In this document: positions 23,266-34,719 of the stretch, one piece after another
How positions within the stretch are numbered: position 1 is the first letter of the stretch
How the letters are laid out: every line of letters starts with the position of its first letter
DNA from: Octopus sinensis
Taxonomy: Eukaryota
Reading direction: 5' to 3'
Length of the DNA: 64,000 nt
NCBI RefSeq assembly: GCF_006345805.1
Contig: NC_043025.1
Coordinates: 13,516,001 to 13,580,000, forward strand
Notes under the pieces: generated by a model
What the model was told of the DNA's origin: nothing
Databases searched by the model: none
Seen by the model: the letters and a program-made list of their open reading frames with translations, nothing else
Made by a program: the position numbers and the translations under genes

Positions 23266-23623
23266 TAGTATGTCCTTTGATTAATTTTAATCCCTCGGCT
23301 AATTAATGCTATTTTTTGGCCTGCTATCGCCTGTGTCATTGATTCTGTTATTATCATTTTTTAAAATAGTTACATTGGATAATAATAGAATTAATGACAC
23401 CTTCGCAAATTAATTTTTGGTGAATTATATATACATACATACGACAGGCTTCTTTCAGTTTCCGTCTACCAAATCCACTCACAAAGCTTTGGTTGGCGCG
23501 ATGCTATAGTAGAAGACACTTGCCCAAGGTGCCACGCAGTGGGACTGATTCCAGAACCATGTGTTTTGTAAGCAAGCTCCTTACCACACTGCTACTCCTG
23601 CGCCTCTATATACTTATTCATAC

Positions 23624-23660
<37 letters not shown>

Positions 23661-23755
23661 ATGATAAATATTAGGGAATAAATCCAAACTTACAGGGATA
23701 AATCAGATTTAGGATTGAATCCAATTTTATAGTAAAATATTATATTATATTAAAT

Positions 23756-23969
23756 TAGAGACAAAACCACTATTAGGCAAATCAAACAATGAAAAACTTA
23801 AGCCAATACATAAGATTAATTAATTTATATTATTTAAATATATACATGAAACGATCGTAGTGTGATATTAATTATATTTTTTTAATAATTTTGTTATATA
23901 TTTAATTAATCTTATGTATTGGCTTAAGTTTTTCATTGTTTGATTTGCCTAATAGTGGTTTTGTCTCTA
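23756..23969. repeat. Perfect 68-bp inverted repeat with 78-nt spacer
   Basis: 23756-23823 is the exact reverse complement of 23902-23969. Confidence 0.95.
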
Positions 23970-23973
23970 TTTA

Positions 23974-24019
<46 letters not shown>

Positions 24020-24810
24020 TACACATATATACGACGGGCTTCTTTCAGTTTCCGTCTACCAAATCCATTCACAAGGCTTTGGTCGGCCCAGGGCTATAGT
24101 AGAAGACACTTGCCCGAGGTGCCACACAGTGAGACTGAACCCGGAACCCTGTGGTTCGTAAGCAAGCTACTTACCACACAACCACTCCTGCACCTATGAA
24201 AATGAAAACCATTTGAATGGACCACCGTGGAATTACCCTTAGGCAGAGAAAACGAAAGCATTTAAATAATTGGATGAGAAAGAACACACCTCCATTCCGT
24301 TCGACCTCGCCCAATCGAAAGTGAAACTTCAGGAAAACCCACAGGAAAATCACCTAAATTTTATGCTTATATTTTACTTGTTTCAGTGAAATGACAGCGG
24401 CCGAGCTGGAGCAATATCGGGAAGAATTTTAGTTGAATAAATCAACCCCTACTCTTTTTTTTTTTTTTTGTGTGTATGTATATGTGTTGGTTTTTTTTTT
24501 TTTTTCTTTTTCGAGTCTGGTTTTTATCCTGTCATTCTGTTTTGCTGAACCGCTAAGTTACGGGGGATGCAAACACACCAACATTGGTTGCCAAGCGGTG
24601 TAGATGGTGGTGGTGGTGGTGGGCAGATACACTCACACACACATATGTATATACATATGTATTCTATTCAGTCTTTGGTCTGTGGCCATGCTGGAGTCTA
24701 CTCCAGTTCTAAGTCTGGTGCCTTTTTGTCAAACCGCTACATAATGGGGAAGTAAACAAACCATCACTGTCAGGCAATGGTGGGGGACAAACACAAACAC
24801 ACTCATAGGC

Positions 24811-24861
<51 letters not shown>

Positions 24862-26132
24862 TGTGGCCATGCTGGAGCACTGCCTTTAGTCAAAACAAAT
24901 CAGCCCCCAGGACTTATTCTTTGTAAGTCTAGTACTTATTCTATCGGTCACTTTTGCCGAACCACTAGGTTACGGGGACGCAAACAAACACACACATTTA
25001 CGTTGGGCTTCTTTCAGTTTCCATCTACCAAATCCACTCACAAGGCTTTGGTCGACTCAAGGTGCCCTGATGTGGGACTGAACCCGGATCCCTGTGGTTG
25101 GGAAGCAAGTTTATTATCACACACCCTAGCCTACGCCTGTGTGTATATCTCTTTTCTTTTTTCTTTTACTTGTTTCAGTCATTTGACTACGGCCATGCTG
25201 GAGCACCGCCTTTAATCGAGCAACTTGACCCCCAGGACTTATTCTTTGTAAGCCTAGTACTTATTCTATCGGTCACTTTAGCCAAACCGCTAAGTGACGG
25301 GGACGTAAACACACCAGCATCGGTTGTCAAGCAATGCTAGGGGGACAAACACACATATACATATATACGACAGGCTTCTTTCAGTTTCCGTCTACCAAAT
25401 CCACTCACAAGGCTTTGGTCGGTCCGAGGCTATAGTAGAAGACACTTGCCCAAGGTGCCACGCAGTGGGACTGAACCTGGAACCATGTGGTTCGTAAGCA
25501 AACTGCTTACCACACAGCCACTCCTGCGCCTATGAAAATGAAAACCATTTGAACGGACCACCGTGGAATTACCCTCAGGCAGAGAAAACGAAAGCATTTA
25601 AATAATTGGATGAGAAAGAACACACCTCCATTCCGTTTGACCTCGCCCAATCGAAAGTGAAACTTCAGGAAAACCCACAGGAAAATCACCTAAATTTTAT
25701 GCTTATATTTTACTTGTTTCAGTGAAATGACAGCGGCCAAACTGGAGCAATATCGGGAAGAATTTTAGTTGAATAAATCAACCCCTACTCTTTTTTTTTT
25801 TTTTTTGTGTGTATGTATATGTGTTGGTTTTTTTTTTCTTTTTCGAGTCTGGTTTTTATCCTGTCATTCTGTTTTGCTGAACCGCTAAGTTACGGGGGAT
25901 GCAAACACACCAACATTGGTTGCCAAGCGGCGTAGATGGTGGTGGTGGGCAGATACAGACACACATATGTATATACATATGCATTTTATTCAGTCTTTGG
26001 ACAGTGGCCATGCTGGAGTCTACTCCAGTTCTAAGTCTGGTGCCTTTTTGCCAAACCGCTGCATCATGGGGAAGTAAACAAACCATCACTGTCAGGCGAT
26101 GGTGGGGGACAAACACAAAGACACTCATAGGC
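24020..26132. repeat. Approx 790-bp direct duplication with 1336-bp offset
   Basis: 24020-24808 vs 25360-26132; ORFs 24171-24353 and 25507-25689 differ at only a few residues. Confidence 0.9.
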
Positions 26133-26509
26133 ATATATATAAAGCTGCTGTTGTCTGTGTATGGCAGGTTTGGTAGCCTTCAACTAACACAATCTCCTCC
26201 GGGACCCTGCGGCACAAGTTGACCAAAATTGAGAGTTTGATTGCTCTTCCTTCCGTAGAAGAAAAAAATTCAAATCGGACAATGTTAACACCAAAAATTA
26301 TTTACATCAAAAAGGTGCTTTTTTTCTATGAAAATCCCTATTTTTTACTACTTTTTTACTGCTGTGTCGCCATTTTTCGGTGTATTTCAACCAGAAAAAT
26401 GTTCACTTAAAGAGAATAACAAGCTACATAATGCAAAATTTTTACTTTTCAAAAATTCCAATTCTAAAGGGTCGAAACAAACCCGAGTAACGCCGGGCGA
26501 TACTGCTAG
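26133..26509 (+). mobile_element. Helitron-type element (3' end clear, 5' end approximate)
   Basis: CCCGAGTAACGCCGGGCGATACTGCTAG|T terminus nearly identical to the 40593 element. Confidence 0.65.
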
Positions 26510-26682
26510 TTTACATATATATATTTGTGTGTGTATTTATATTTGTATAAATGTTTGTCTTGACTTGATTTTTCCCTCGTAGACTTAAAGGTGGGGGCTG
26601 ATAAATCAAGAACCAACTGGATATTGGTCCTCATTCTATATGCTGGGTGATATTGAAATTTCGCTAAAACCATGCACCATTC

Positions 26683-26987
26683 AAGCGTTGGGCCTCACGG
26701 AAGCAACGACAAATGACCGAGGCCTTTGGCAATATGCGGTGCCTGAGAAGAAGACCCCATGAAGCCCCCAAGTGAAATAGCAGTCGTGGCAGATACTGGT
26801 GTAACGCAACTGGCACACAAAAGCACCTATTACATTCTCGGAGTGGTTAGCGTAAGGAAGGGTATCCAGCCGTAAAAACCATGCGAAACCTATCTGGAAT
26901 CTGGTGCAGCCCCTCGGTTTATCAGCCCTGGTTAAACCATCCAACCCATGCCACCATGGTCAACGGACGTTAAGTGATGATGATGAT
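26683..26987 (+). mobile_element. Older RTE 3' end
   Basis: ALGLTEATTNDRGLWQYAV followed by UTR core and (GAT)n. Confidence 0.7.
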
Positions 26988-27396
26988 ATATACAGAGAGA
27001 GCCGGGGGGGGGGTTAATGTATGAAAACAAGAGAGAGAAAATTTTGAAATACCTTGTTTTTACTCATCTTTTCTTTGGTGTATATATACGTGTGTAGAAA
27101 TCAAAATATGTGAGTGTGTATAAATATATATATATAATTGTGTCTGTATGTAAGTTGTGTATAAATGTACTTATATATAGCACTCTCTCCCCGTGTAAAC
27201 TCCAGCAACATTGAAGTGGTTTCGATTTTATCCACCCACAAGCAGTGATCACGTGGCTTTCTGTTTACCCAGGAAGTACAGAGGTCTCTTGCAGTCTGAC
27301 CTATTTATAAAGTAGGGGAAATCCCACCGTAATATGGTCACGAATATGCTGTCTCTCTCACTCTCGTTCTCTCTCTCTCTCTCTCTCTGTCTATCT

Positions 27397-27438
<42 letters not shown>

Positions 27439-27462
27439 TCTCTCTCTCTCTCATTATGTATC

Positions 27463-27578
27463 TTTAAATGGGCAAAGGTAAAAAAAATACGCACACCACC
27501 CGATTTTCGGCGTAAACCTAACCCTGCATCCTAACCCTAACCACCGGGTGTGCGTATTCTTTACCTTCGCCCTTTAAA
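27463..27578. mobile_element. Small TIR element (TTAA-flanked, RR...YY ends, Kolobok-like) with telomere-like CCCTAA core
   Basis: TTTAAA(T)GGGC.AAGGTAAA..AATACGCACACC inverted at both ends; internal CCTAACCCT repeats. Confidence 0.55.
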
Positions 27579-28320
27579 CGTATTTGTATGTATGCCTATA
27601 CATATGTGTATATGTGCTCCAGCATGGCCGCAGTCAAATGCCTGAAACGGGTAAAAGAATTCACACGCACCCGTTCGTTCTCTCTGACATAGAATATGGT
27701 GGGTTGCTCGTCCTGTTAGAAAGAGCCGCTAAATTCACTTCAAGCCACATCTATCTGAACAGGAAAGTCGTGATGGCCACAACTGGAATGTCGGTGAGAG
27801 GCTTGGACTGTCCAAGGGTGAACAACAACGTAGGGTAATTTAGCGCAGTTATGTCCCTTGCCCCATTAACGAATCTATTCAATAAAGGGGAAGGAGTTAT
27901 GTCCCTTGCACCGCCAACATAAAGTAATGGCGAACTTATGACTCTTTCGCCACAACTTTCGTTCTACCTGCATCTTGCGGCTCACCTGCGACGGACCGGT
28001 GTCCTGTCCAGGTGGGGAACCTATACGCCAAAGAAACCGGGAAACCGGGCCTTATGAGCCAGGCTTGGCTTGAGAAGGAACAAACAAATATATACTCTAC
28101 TCTTTTACTCTTTTACTTGTGTCAGTCATTTGACTGCGGCCATGCTGCAGCACCGCCTTTAGTCGAGCAACTCGACTCCGGGACTTATTCTTTGTAAGCC
28201 CAGTACTTATTCTATCGGTCTCTTTTGCCGAACCGCTAAGTGACGGGGACGTAAACACACCAGCATCGGTTGTCAAGCAAAGCTAGGGGGACAAACAGAA
28301 ACACACAGACACATATATAT

Positions 28321-28364
<44 letters not shown>

Positions 28365-29341
28365 TACGACGGGCTTCTTTCAGTTTCTGTCTACCAAATC
28401 CACTCACAAGGCATTGGTCGGCCGAAGCTATAGCAGAAGACACTTGCCCAAGGTGCCACAGAGTGGGACTGAACCCTAAACCATGTGGTTGGTTAGCAAG
28501 CTACTTACCACACAGCCACTCCTGCAACTTGTTTATTAATTAGTTTAAATTAATTTTATTTTCTCTTTTGTTGTGTTTCAGGTCCTGCTTGCTTCGACCG
28601 TTGGTTGCCGTGGTCATCATCATCTTCATCATCATCGTCGTCATCATGATCCAAGAAAGTTGTTGACTGTTGCTGTGGTGACCCAACAAAATAATTAAGT
28701 ATATCACGAATAAAAAAAAAAAGTGATAAATATCCGGTAATCGGCAAATTTTGAAATTTCCTAACAAATTAATTCTACGTTTTGGAGAAGTGAAATCTTG
28801 CTTTTTTTTTTGCATTTTTAAAAACTTTTTCTTTGTTTTTCAAATTTCTTTATTATTGATTGAAAAAAATTTTTTAATTTCGAATTCAATTCATTTCTCT
28901 CATTTTACAAATTCAGAAAAGAATATAATAATAATAATGATCCATTTTACTATAGGCACAAGGCCTGAAATTTTGTGGGGAGGGGCGAGTTGATTTCCTT
29001 GACCCCCCACCCCAATGCTGGACTACAGCTTGCTTTGTTAACCCCATGAGGACGAAGAGCCAAATTTGACCTCAACATAATTAGAACTGAGAGCATGAAA
29101 CCAGGAGAAATAATAATAATAATAATGTTGATTTCAAGTTTGGTGTAAGGCCTGCAATTCCATCGACCCCCAGAACACTACTGATACTTCATTCATTTCA
29201 CCCTGAAAGAATAAAAGATGAAGTTTGATTTTGGTGGAATTTGAACTGACAATATAAGAAATAATAATAATAATATTATGAGAAGGTATATGTGTTTCTT
29301 AATTGGATATTAATTAAACAGGTGTACGACATTTTGAATTC

Positions 29342-30064
29342 ATGGACAGTGAGGAGGAAATGCCAGACTCAGAGGTACTTTTGCCGAGTGTTGCGAAACC
29401 AGCTGTTGTTGGTTCAAAACGCAGGCGTGTCAAACGTAAGGGGAATCCAGCCACTGGCTCCAAGATGGGGTCTGGTTCCACAGCGACTTCGACTTCATCA
29501 AACAAGGTCCGAATCACGGAGTCTACAGTGGCGGCAACGGCAGTGATGACAGCAGTGACCACCAACACCACCACCACCAGCGGGGCCACTGTATCTCATG
29601 TGAGTAGTAAAAAGCAATCGCGTAAGAACTCGACGAGCCGACAGGAGGCTCAGAAGGAAACGAAGGGCGGTCAGGCTTCAGTGGCACTGACCCCTAGTAC
29701 GGCCGTAGTGAGTACAGGGGGCGAGAGTAGGCCCTCGTCAACGACGAGCCTGGACACGTCGACCGTAACACCACCGCCCCCTTTGCCACCCCAACTGCAC
29801 CCGCACCCTTCCCTGCTGGTGAAGGAGACCCATGCCTCGTTTAACGAACCCGTCGTCAGTGAGTACAGCTTAACCCCGAGTCTACTCGACGAGGTGCTCT
29901 CACAGAAAAAACTCAGGCTCTTACGGTCCCCCGATGTGGTGAAATTCTTCAAACAACGACAACAGCAGACCCTGTTGGCCAACAGCCGGAGCATACGGGG
30001 CTTAGGACAGCTTTCGGTGACCACCACCACTAACGTTGCTGATAGGACTCACTTCAAAAACTGA
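29342..30064 (+). CDS. RFXAP: RFXAP-like protein, 240 aa (basic KRRRVKRK NLS-like patch, S/T-rich disordered middle, RFXAP C-terminal motif)
   Basis: SLLDEVLSQKKLRLLRSPDVVKFFKQRQQQ (approx 29879-29968) matches, from recall, the vertebrate RFXAP C-terminus TLLEQVLNQKRLSLLRSPEVVQFLQKQQQ. Acceptor aaacAG at 29320-29321; in-frame TAA at 29300. Confidence 0.78.
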   Translation: MDSEEEMPDSEVLLPSVAKPAVVGSKRRRVKRKGNPATGSKMGSGSTATSTSSNKVRITESTVAATAVMTAVTTNTTTTSGATVSHVSSKKQSRKNSTSRQEAQKETKGGQASVALTPSTAVVSTGGESRPSSTTSLDTSTVTPPPPLPPQLHPHPSLLVKETHASFNEPVVSEYSLTPSLLDEVLSQKKLRLLRSPDVVKFFKQRQQQTLLANSRSIRGLGQLSVTTTTNVADRTHFKN

Positions 30065-30139
30065 CAACTTTTTACTTACAAAAAAAAAAAAAAAATTGAG
30101 ACTCTCTTTTTTAAAAAAAAAAGATAAACTAAATTATTT

Positions 30140-30145
30140 AATAAA
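30140..30145 (+). terminator. Candidate polyadenylation signal of the RFXAP-like transcript
   Basis: AATAAA 76 nt after the stop codon, followed by T-rich sequence. Confidence 0.4.
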
Positions 30146-30309
30146 TGTAAATATATTTATATATATTTTTTGCTATTATAAAGTTCTCTTTTTTTTTTTC
30201 TTCAATTGCTGTTACTGTTTTTCATGCGTGCATTATTTCTTCAGCCTCCAGGTCAAGCCATACAACAGACCTGGCTACAAATGTTCAGATTATGTTCACT
30301 GTATCTTTT

Positions 30310-30790
30310 ATTTCAGACCTAGTGCATCTAGGACTACATTATTTAATGTGTCCTTCCTTGTCGTTTAGCCACAGGTCAGTCCTGATCCCGCAGACCTATG
30401 ATCAAAGATGTTCCAGCTGTGACCATCCTGTCTTTTATTCAGGCACAGTGTATCTAGGATTACATTATCTAATGTGTCCTTCTTGTTGTTTAGCCACTGG
30501 TCAGTTCTGATCCCGCAGACCTATGATCAAAGATGTTCCATCTGTGACCATCCCGTCTTTTATTCAGGCATAGTGTATCTAGGACTACATTATCTAATGT
30601 GCCCTTCTTGTTGTTTAGCCCCAGGTCAGTCCTGATCCCGCAGACCTATGATCAAAGATGTTCCAGCTGTGACCATCCTGTCTGTTATTCTGACATTGTG
30701 CATCTAGGACTACATTGTCTAATGTGTCCTTCTTTCTTGTTGTTTAGCCCCAGGTCAGTCCTGATCCAGGCAGACCTATGATCAAAGATG
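30310..30790. repeat. Approx 125-bp tandem repeat, about 3.7 copies
   Basis: GGACTACATT anchors at 30330, 30457, 30581 and 30706. Confidence 0.85.
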
Positions 30791-31190
30791 CTCTCAGGTG
30801 GTCAGGATATGTCATCCAAACGGTCCCTTCAAGACTCCTGCAGACCATTCTCTACAGTGAGGAGCTCCAAAATGCAGATTCAGGGACCAGCTGAAGTGTT
30901 CGCTTCTTCAAGCTGGAATTAGCCCCTAAAACCTGGGAGACAAGCTGCCGACCTTCCATCTTGGTGAAGGACAATCCATTTCGGTTGTTCCACTTTTGAG
31001 GAGAAGAGAAAGACTGAAGAAGCTAAGAGAAGGCAACGCAGGGCCCTCCAGCCAAGACCACCACCCTCCCTGCCTGGCGACCAGTGCCCAAGAATGTTCC
31101 ATTCCCGACTTGGCCTTCTGAACCATGTCAGGTTTAAACATCACGGACGCACTGGATGAACCAAACTCAGACATGAGTGATGCTGCTGCC
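30791..31190 (+). mobile_element. BovB-like RTE C-terminus remnant
   Basis: LRWSGYV...RFRDQLK...KTWE...CPRMFHSRLGLLNHVRFKH across frameshifts. Confidence 0.72.
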
Positions 31191-31198
31191 GCCAATTA

Positions 31199-31618
31199 TC
31201 TCTTCTCTCTCTATATAAACGGCAGTTTGTCTGTGCGTGTTTCTGTGTGTCTGTTTGCTTGTACCCTCACCCTGACCACGGCTTTCAACCGATTCTGATG
31301 AAACTTGACACACCCATAGCCCAATGCCGTAATTCCAAAGTAACGCAGCGAAAATTTTGAAAAGTTCCCCCAGTTCTGAAAAAAAATCGATAAATTCGAC
31401 ATGGGGTCGAGAATCAGAAACACAAACCACAGAGTGTCTAGGGGACGCAACTCGACCTTCTTAACTCACATCGTATACACAGAAGTATTCGAGTGAAGAG
31501 AAGACATTGCAACCTATACATGCGCCTTCGTTCCCTAGAGGGAAAGGACTAGATTGGGATTAGTCGTTGCCTACTAGGGGCTCTTACATACCCTGGCAAC
31601 GCCGGGATATGCTGCTAG
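31199..31618 (+). mobile_element. Non-autonomous Helitron-type element
   Basis: A|TC...CTATATAAACGGC start, subterminal CCCTGGCAACGCCGGG hairpin, CTAG|T end. Confidence 0.72.
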
Positions 31619-32164
31619 TGAGTGGATAAATACATTATCACCAACTAGGGAATTATACACTTATACATGGGAAAGAACAGATACACACATATATGTCCAT
31701 ATACCTTATTTTTATATGTGTGTTTATGCATCTATATGTATGCATGTATTTATCTCTCTCTATATGTATGTGTGTGTGTGTGTGTGTGTGTGCATATGTA
31801 TCTATATATGTGTGTATATGCATCTTTATATAGTTGTATATATATATCTATATATGTGGAGGCGCAATGGCCCAGTGGTTAGGGCAGCGGACTCGCGGTC
31901 GTAGGATCGCAGTTTCGGTTCCCAGACCGGGCGTTGTGAGTGTTTATTGAGCGAAAACACCTAAAGCTCCACGAGGCTCCGGCAGGGGGTGGTGGTGATC
32001 CCTGCTGTACTCTTTGCCACACTTTCTTTCTTCTGTTGGCCTGCTCGCTTAGCCAGTAGGGTGGCGTCATTTGAAGGCTAAAACAATGTGAAGCGCATTG
32101 TGACCAGCGATGTGTAGCAACATCTGATAGTCTGGTCGGTAACGGTGATCACGGTGATATCTAT

Positions 32165-32460
32165 ATATATGCCTGCCATCACCACAGATGGAGGAAGCAG
32201 GTCAAGGAGGGGATCGACACTTTTGAGAGAGCACGTATCCAGCATGAAGAACTTAAGCGAGCTGCGCGAAAGCGCACAGCTCGTATAGTGAATGGAGAAA
32301 GCTTGGTCTGCAATGTTTGCAGTCGTGTATGCTTGTCAAGAGCAGGGCTCATTAGCCACCAACGGAGCCGCAAATGCAAAATATAAGTTAGTCCTAGAGC
32401 GCACAATGTTCCTGAAGGTCGGCAATGTTCTTCCTCAATCACGAGTGGACGGCCATCATA
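32165..32460 (+). mobile_element. BovB-like RTE C-terminal zinc-finger remnant
   Basis: WRKQVKEGIDTFE...CNVCSRVCLSRAGLISHQRS then short UTR and CATCAT tail. Confidence 0.72.
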
Positions 32461-32877
32461 TATATATATATATATAGGCGCAGGAGTGGCTGTGTGGTAA
32501 GTAGCTTGCTAACCAACCACATGGTTCCAGGTTCAGTCCCACTGCGTGGCACCTTGGGCAAGTGTCTTCTACTATAGCCTCGGGCCGACCAATGCCTTGT
32601 GAGTGGATTTGGTAGACGGAAACTGAAAGAAACCCGCCGTATATATGTATATATATATATGTGTATTGCTTGACAACCGATGCTGGTGTGTTTACGTCCC
32701 TGTCACTTAGTGGTTCGGCAAAAGACCGATAGAATAAGTACTGGGCTTACAAAAGAATAAGTCCCGGGGTCAAGTTGTTCGATTAAAGGCGGTGCTCCAG
32801 CATGGCCGCAGTCAAATGACTGAAACAAGTAAAAGAGAGAAAGAGTATATGTGTATGTGTGGGTATGCATCTATATA

Positions 32878-33130
32878 TAGAGGGTGCGGTGGGTAAATTA
32901 GCACCATTTTGTTTTTGATTTTGTCAACTACACAGTATCGTAGGGTCAGTCGGGCACTGTCTGTGAGAAAAACGGCACTGCAACCACATCACCCTTAACA
33001 TCTGCCCACCTAACTCCCCAGACTGCAACCCCCTTGATTATGTGTGGGGCACAGTTGACTGAGAGACCAACAAAACTCCTTGCAACACCAAAGATGAACC
33101 GAAGGCAAGGATTATGGCAGCATTTACCAA
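32878..33130 (+). mobile_element. Tc1/mariner (maT-like) deletion derivative
   Basis: PPNSPDCNPLDY.VWG...TNKTPCNTKDE motif. Confidence 0.65.
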
Positions 33131-33135
33131 CTTAA

Positions 33136-33354
33136 CCCTTTAGTGTTCAGATTATTCTATCAAACATAATGCTTATTGATTCCCATTGATTTGAATTAAT
33201 CGTGCATTATCCCATATCTTCAAGATCTTGATGGTGTAATTACTTAATGTAGAATAACATTGTAGGGTAGGTGTGAGAGCCTGGATCTGGTTAGTTTGAA
33301 CATAAAACAGATTAAATATTTTGGCCGGATTTGGCCAGTTTAAATACTAAAGGG
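33136..33354. mobile_element. piggyBac-type MITE with TTAA TSD
   Basis: TTAA|CCCTTTAGTGTT...AATACTAAAGGG|TTAA; related copies at approx 2525-2705, 2822-3042 and 59865-59975. Confidence 0.8.
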
Positions 33355-33403
33355 TTAAACAATAAGGAGACCATCCAGAAGTGTTGCAGGGTATTTCGAA
33401 GTT

Positions 33404-33496
33404 CCTTTACTCTCGACACATGTTTCGAAGACAGCATATATTCATTCCAAAGGAATAAAGGGTGCATTATGCAATCTTCTCATCAGGAAAGAAAGG
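33404..33496 (-). ncRNA. Type I hammerhead ribozyme, complete core, GUC cleavage site
   Basis: CCUUU-CUUUC CUGAUGA GAAGA...UCUUC GAAA C-AUGU-G U C | GAGAG-U-AAAGG; all three helices pair. Predicted cut between 33415 and 33414. Confidence 0.85.
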
Positions 33497-33719
33497 GAGC
33501 CTCTCTCAACAAGCCAATGGTGATTTTATTGCACGAATTTACTCTTTAGTATTTCAAAATGTTTTTAGGTAATTTTGGTAAATGTGTCTGTTAAAATGAG
33601 ATGTCGGCGAAATTTTCATTTTTATGGAATTTAGACAACAGTTTATTCACAGACACGGATTGTATCATGTTATCTGCATAAGTCTGTGGTGACCCAGACT
33701 TTGCATCACACCATCTTGG

Positions 33720-34445
33720 CAACCCTTCCCCCCCAATTCTCCTCATCCCCTCTTCTCTCATTTTCTCTTCCCCCTCTCCTCACTTCTCCTTCCTCTCCTT
33801 TCCTCATCTTCTTTCTCCCTCCTCTCCTTCCCCCTGCCCCCTTTTGTACCCTCACACCCTACCCCACATACCACTCCACCCACCCACTCTTCTCCCACTC
33901 TCCTCCTTCCATCTTCCCCTCTTCTCCTTTCCCTTCCTCCTCTCCTTCACCCTACCCCCTTTTGTACCCTCATCCCCCTCCCACACTCAGCCTCTCTCAT
34001 CCCACTCCTCCCATCCTCTTCTCCACTCCCCATCTCCCCCTTCTCCTTCCTCTCCTTTCCTCATCTTCTTTCTCCCTCCTCTCCTTCCCCCTGCCCCCTT
34101 TTGTACCCTCCTCCCTTCTCACACCCTGCCTCTCCCATCCCACTCCAACCACACTCTTCTCCCTCCCTCTTCTCCTCCCACACTCTTCTCCTTCCATCTT
34201 CCCCTATTCTCCTCATCCCCTCATCTCTCATTTTCTCTTCCCCCTCTCCTCACTTCTCCTTCCTCTCCTTTCCTCATCTTCTTTCTCCCTCCTCGCCTTC
34301 CCCATGTCCCCTTTTGTACCCTCCTCCCCTCTCCCATCCCACTCCACCCACACTCTTCTCCCTCCCTCTTCTCCTCCCACCCTCCTCTCCTTCCCCCTCG
34401 CCATCTCCCACCGTTCCCTCCTCTCCCTTTCACCCCACTCTCCAT
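33720..34445. repeat. Pyrimidine-rich (CT/CCT) tract with internal approx 190-260-bp duplications
   Basis: CTCCTTCCTCTCCTTTCCTCATCTTCTTTCTCCCTCC recurs three times. Confidence 0.9.
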
Positions 34446-34719
34446 ACGAAACCATAGCAACTGGTCTCCATGGTTTCAAGCCTAACTTCCATTTCGTTTC
34501 CCATTCATCCTCAATGAAAAGAACGACTTCCACCGAACGAGCCATTAATTAGCAATTGTTTTGTTAACGAGGTTTATCAAGGTAATATCGAAAGAAAGGC
34601 AATGGATTCAATTATGCAGATTCGAGGTAGGGAGGGAGGGAAGGGTGGAGAGTCATGATCTGGAAGCGTCTATGATCTGTACAGATTTATGAGCATGAAA
34701 TATATATATGTGAATATAT

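Noticed and set aside
28556-28747. Minus ORF with poly-Asp
   Set aside because: Reverse complement of a (CAT)n run; no convincing minus-strand splice sites.
33686-34552. 288-aa Pro/Ser/Leu ORF
   Set aside because: CT-rich low-complexity tract.
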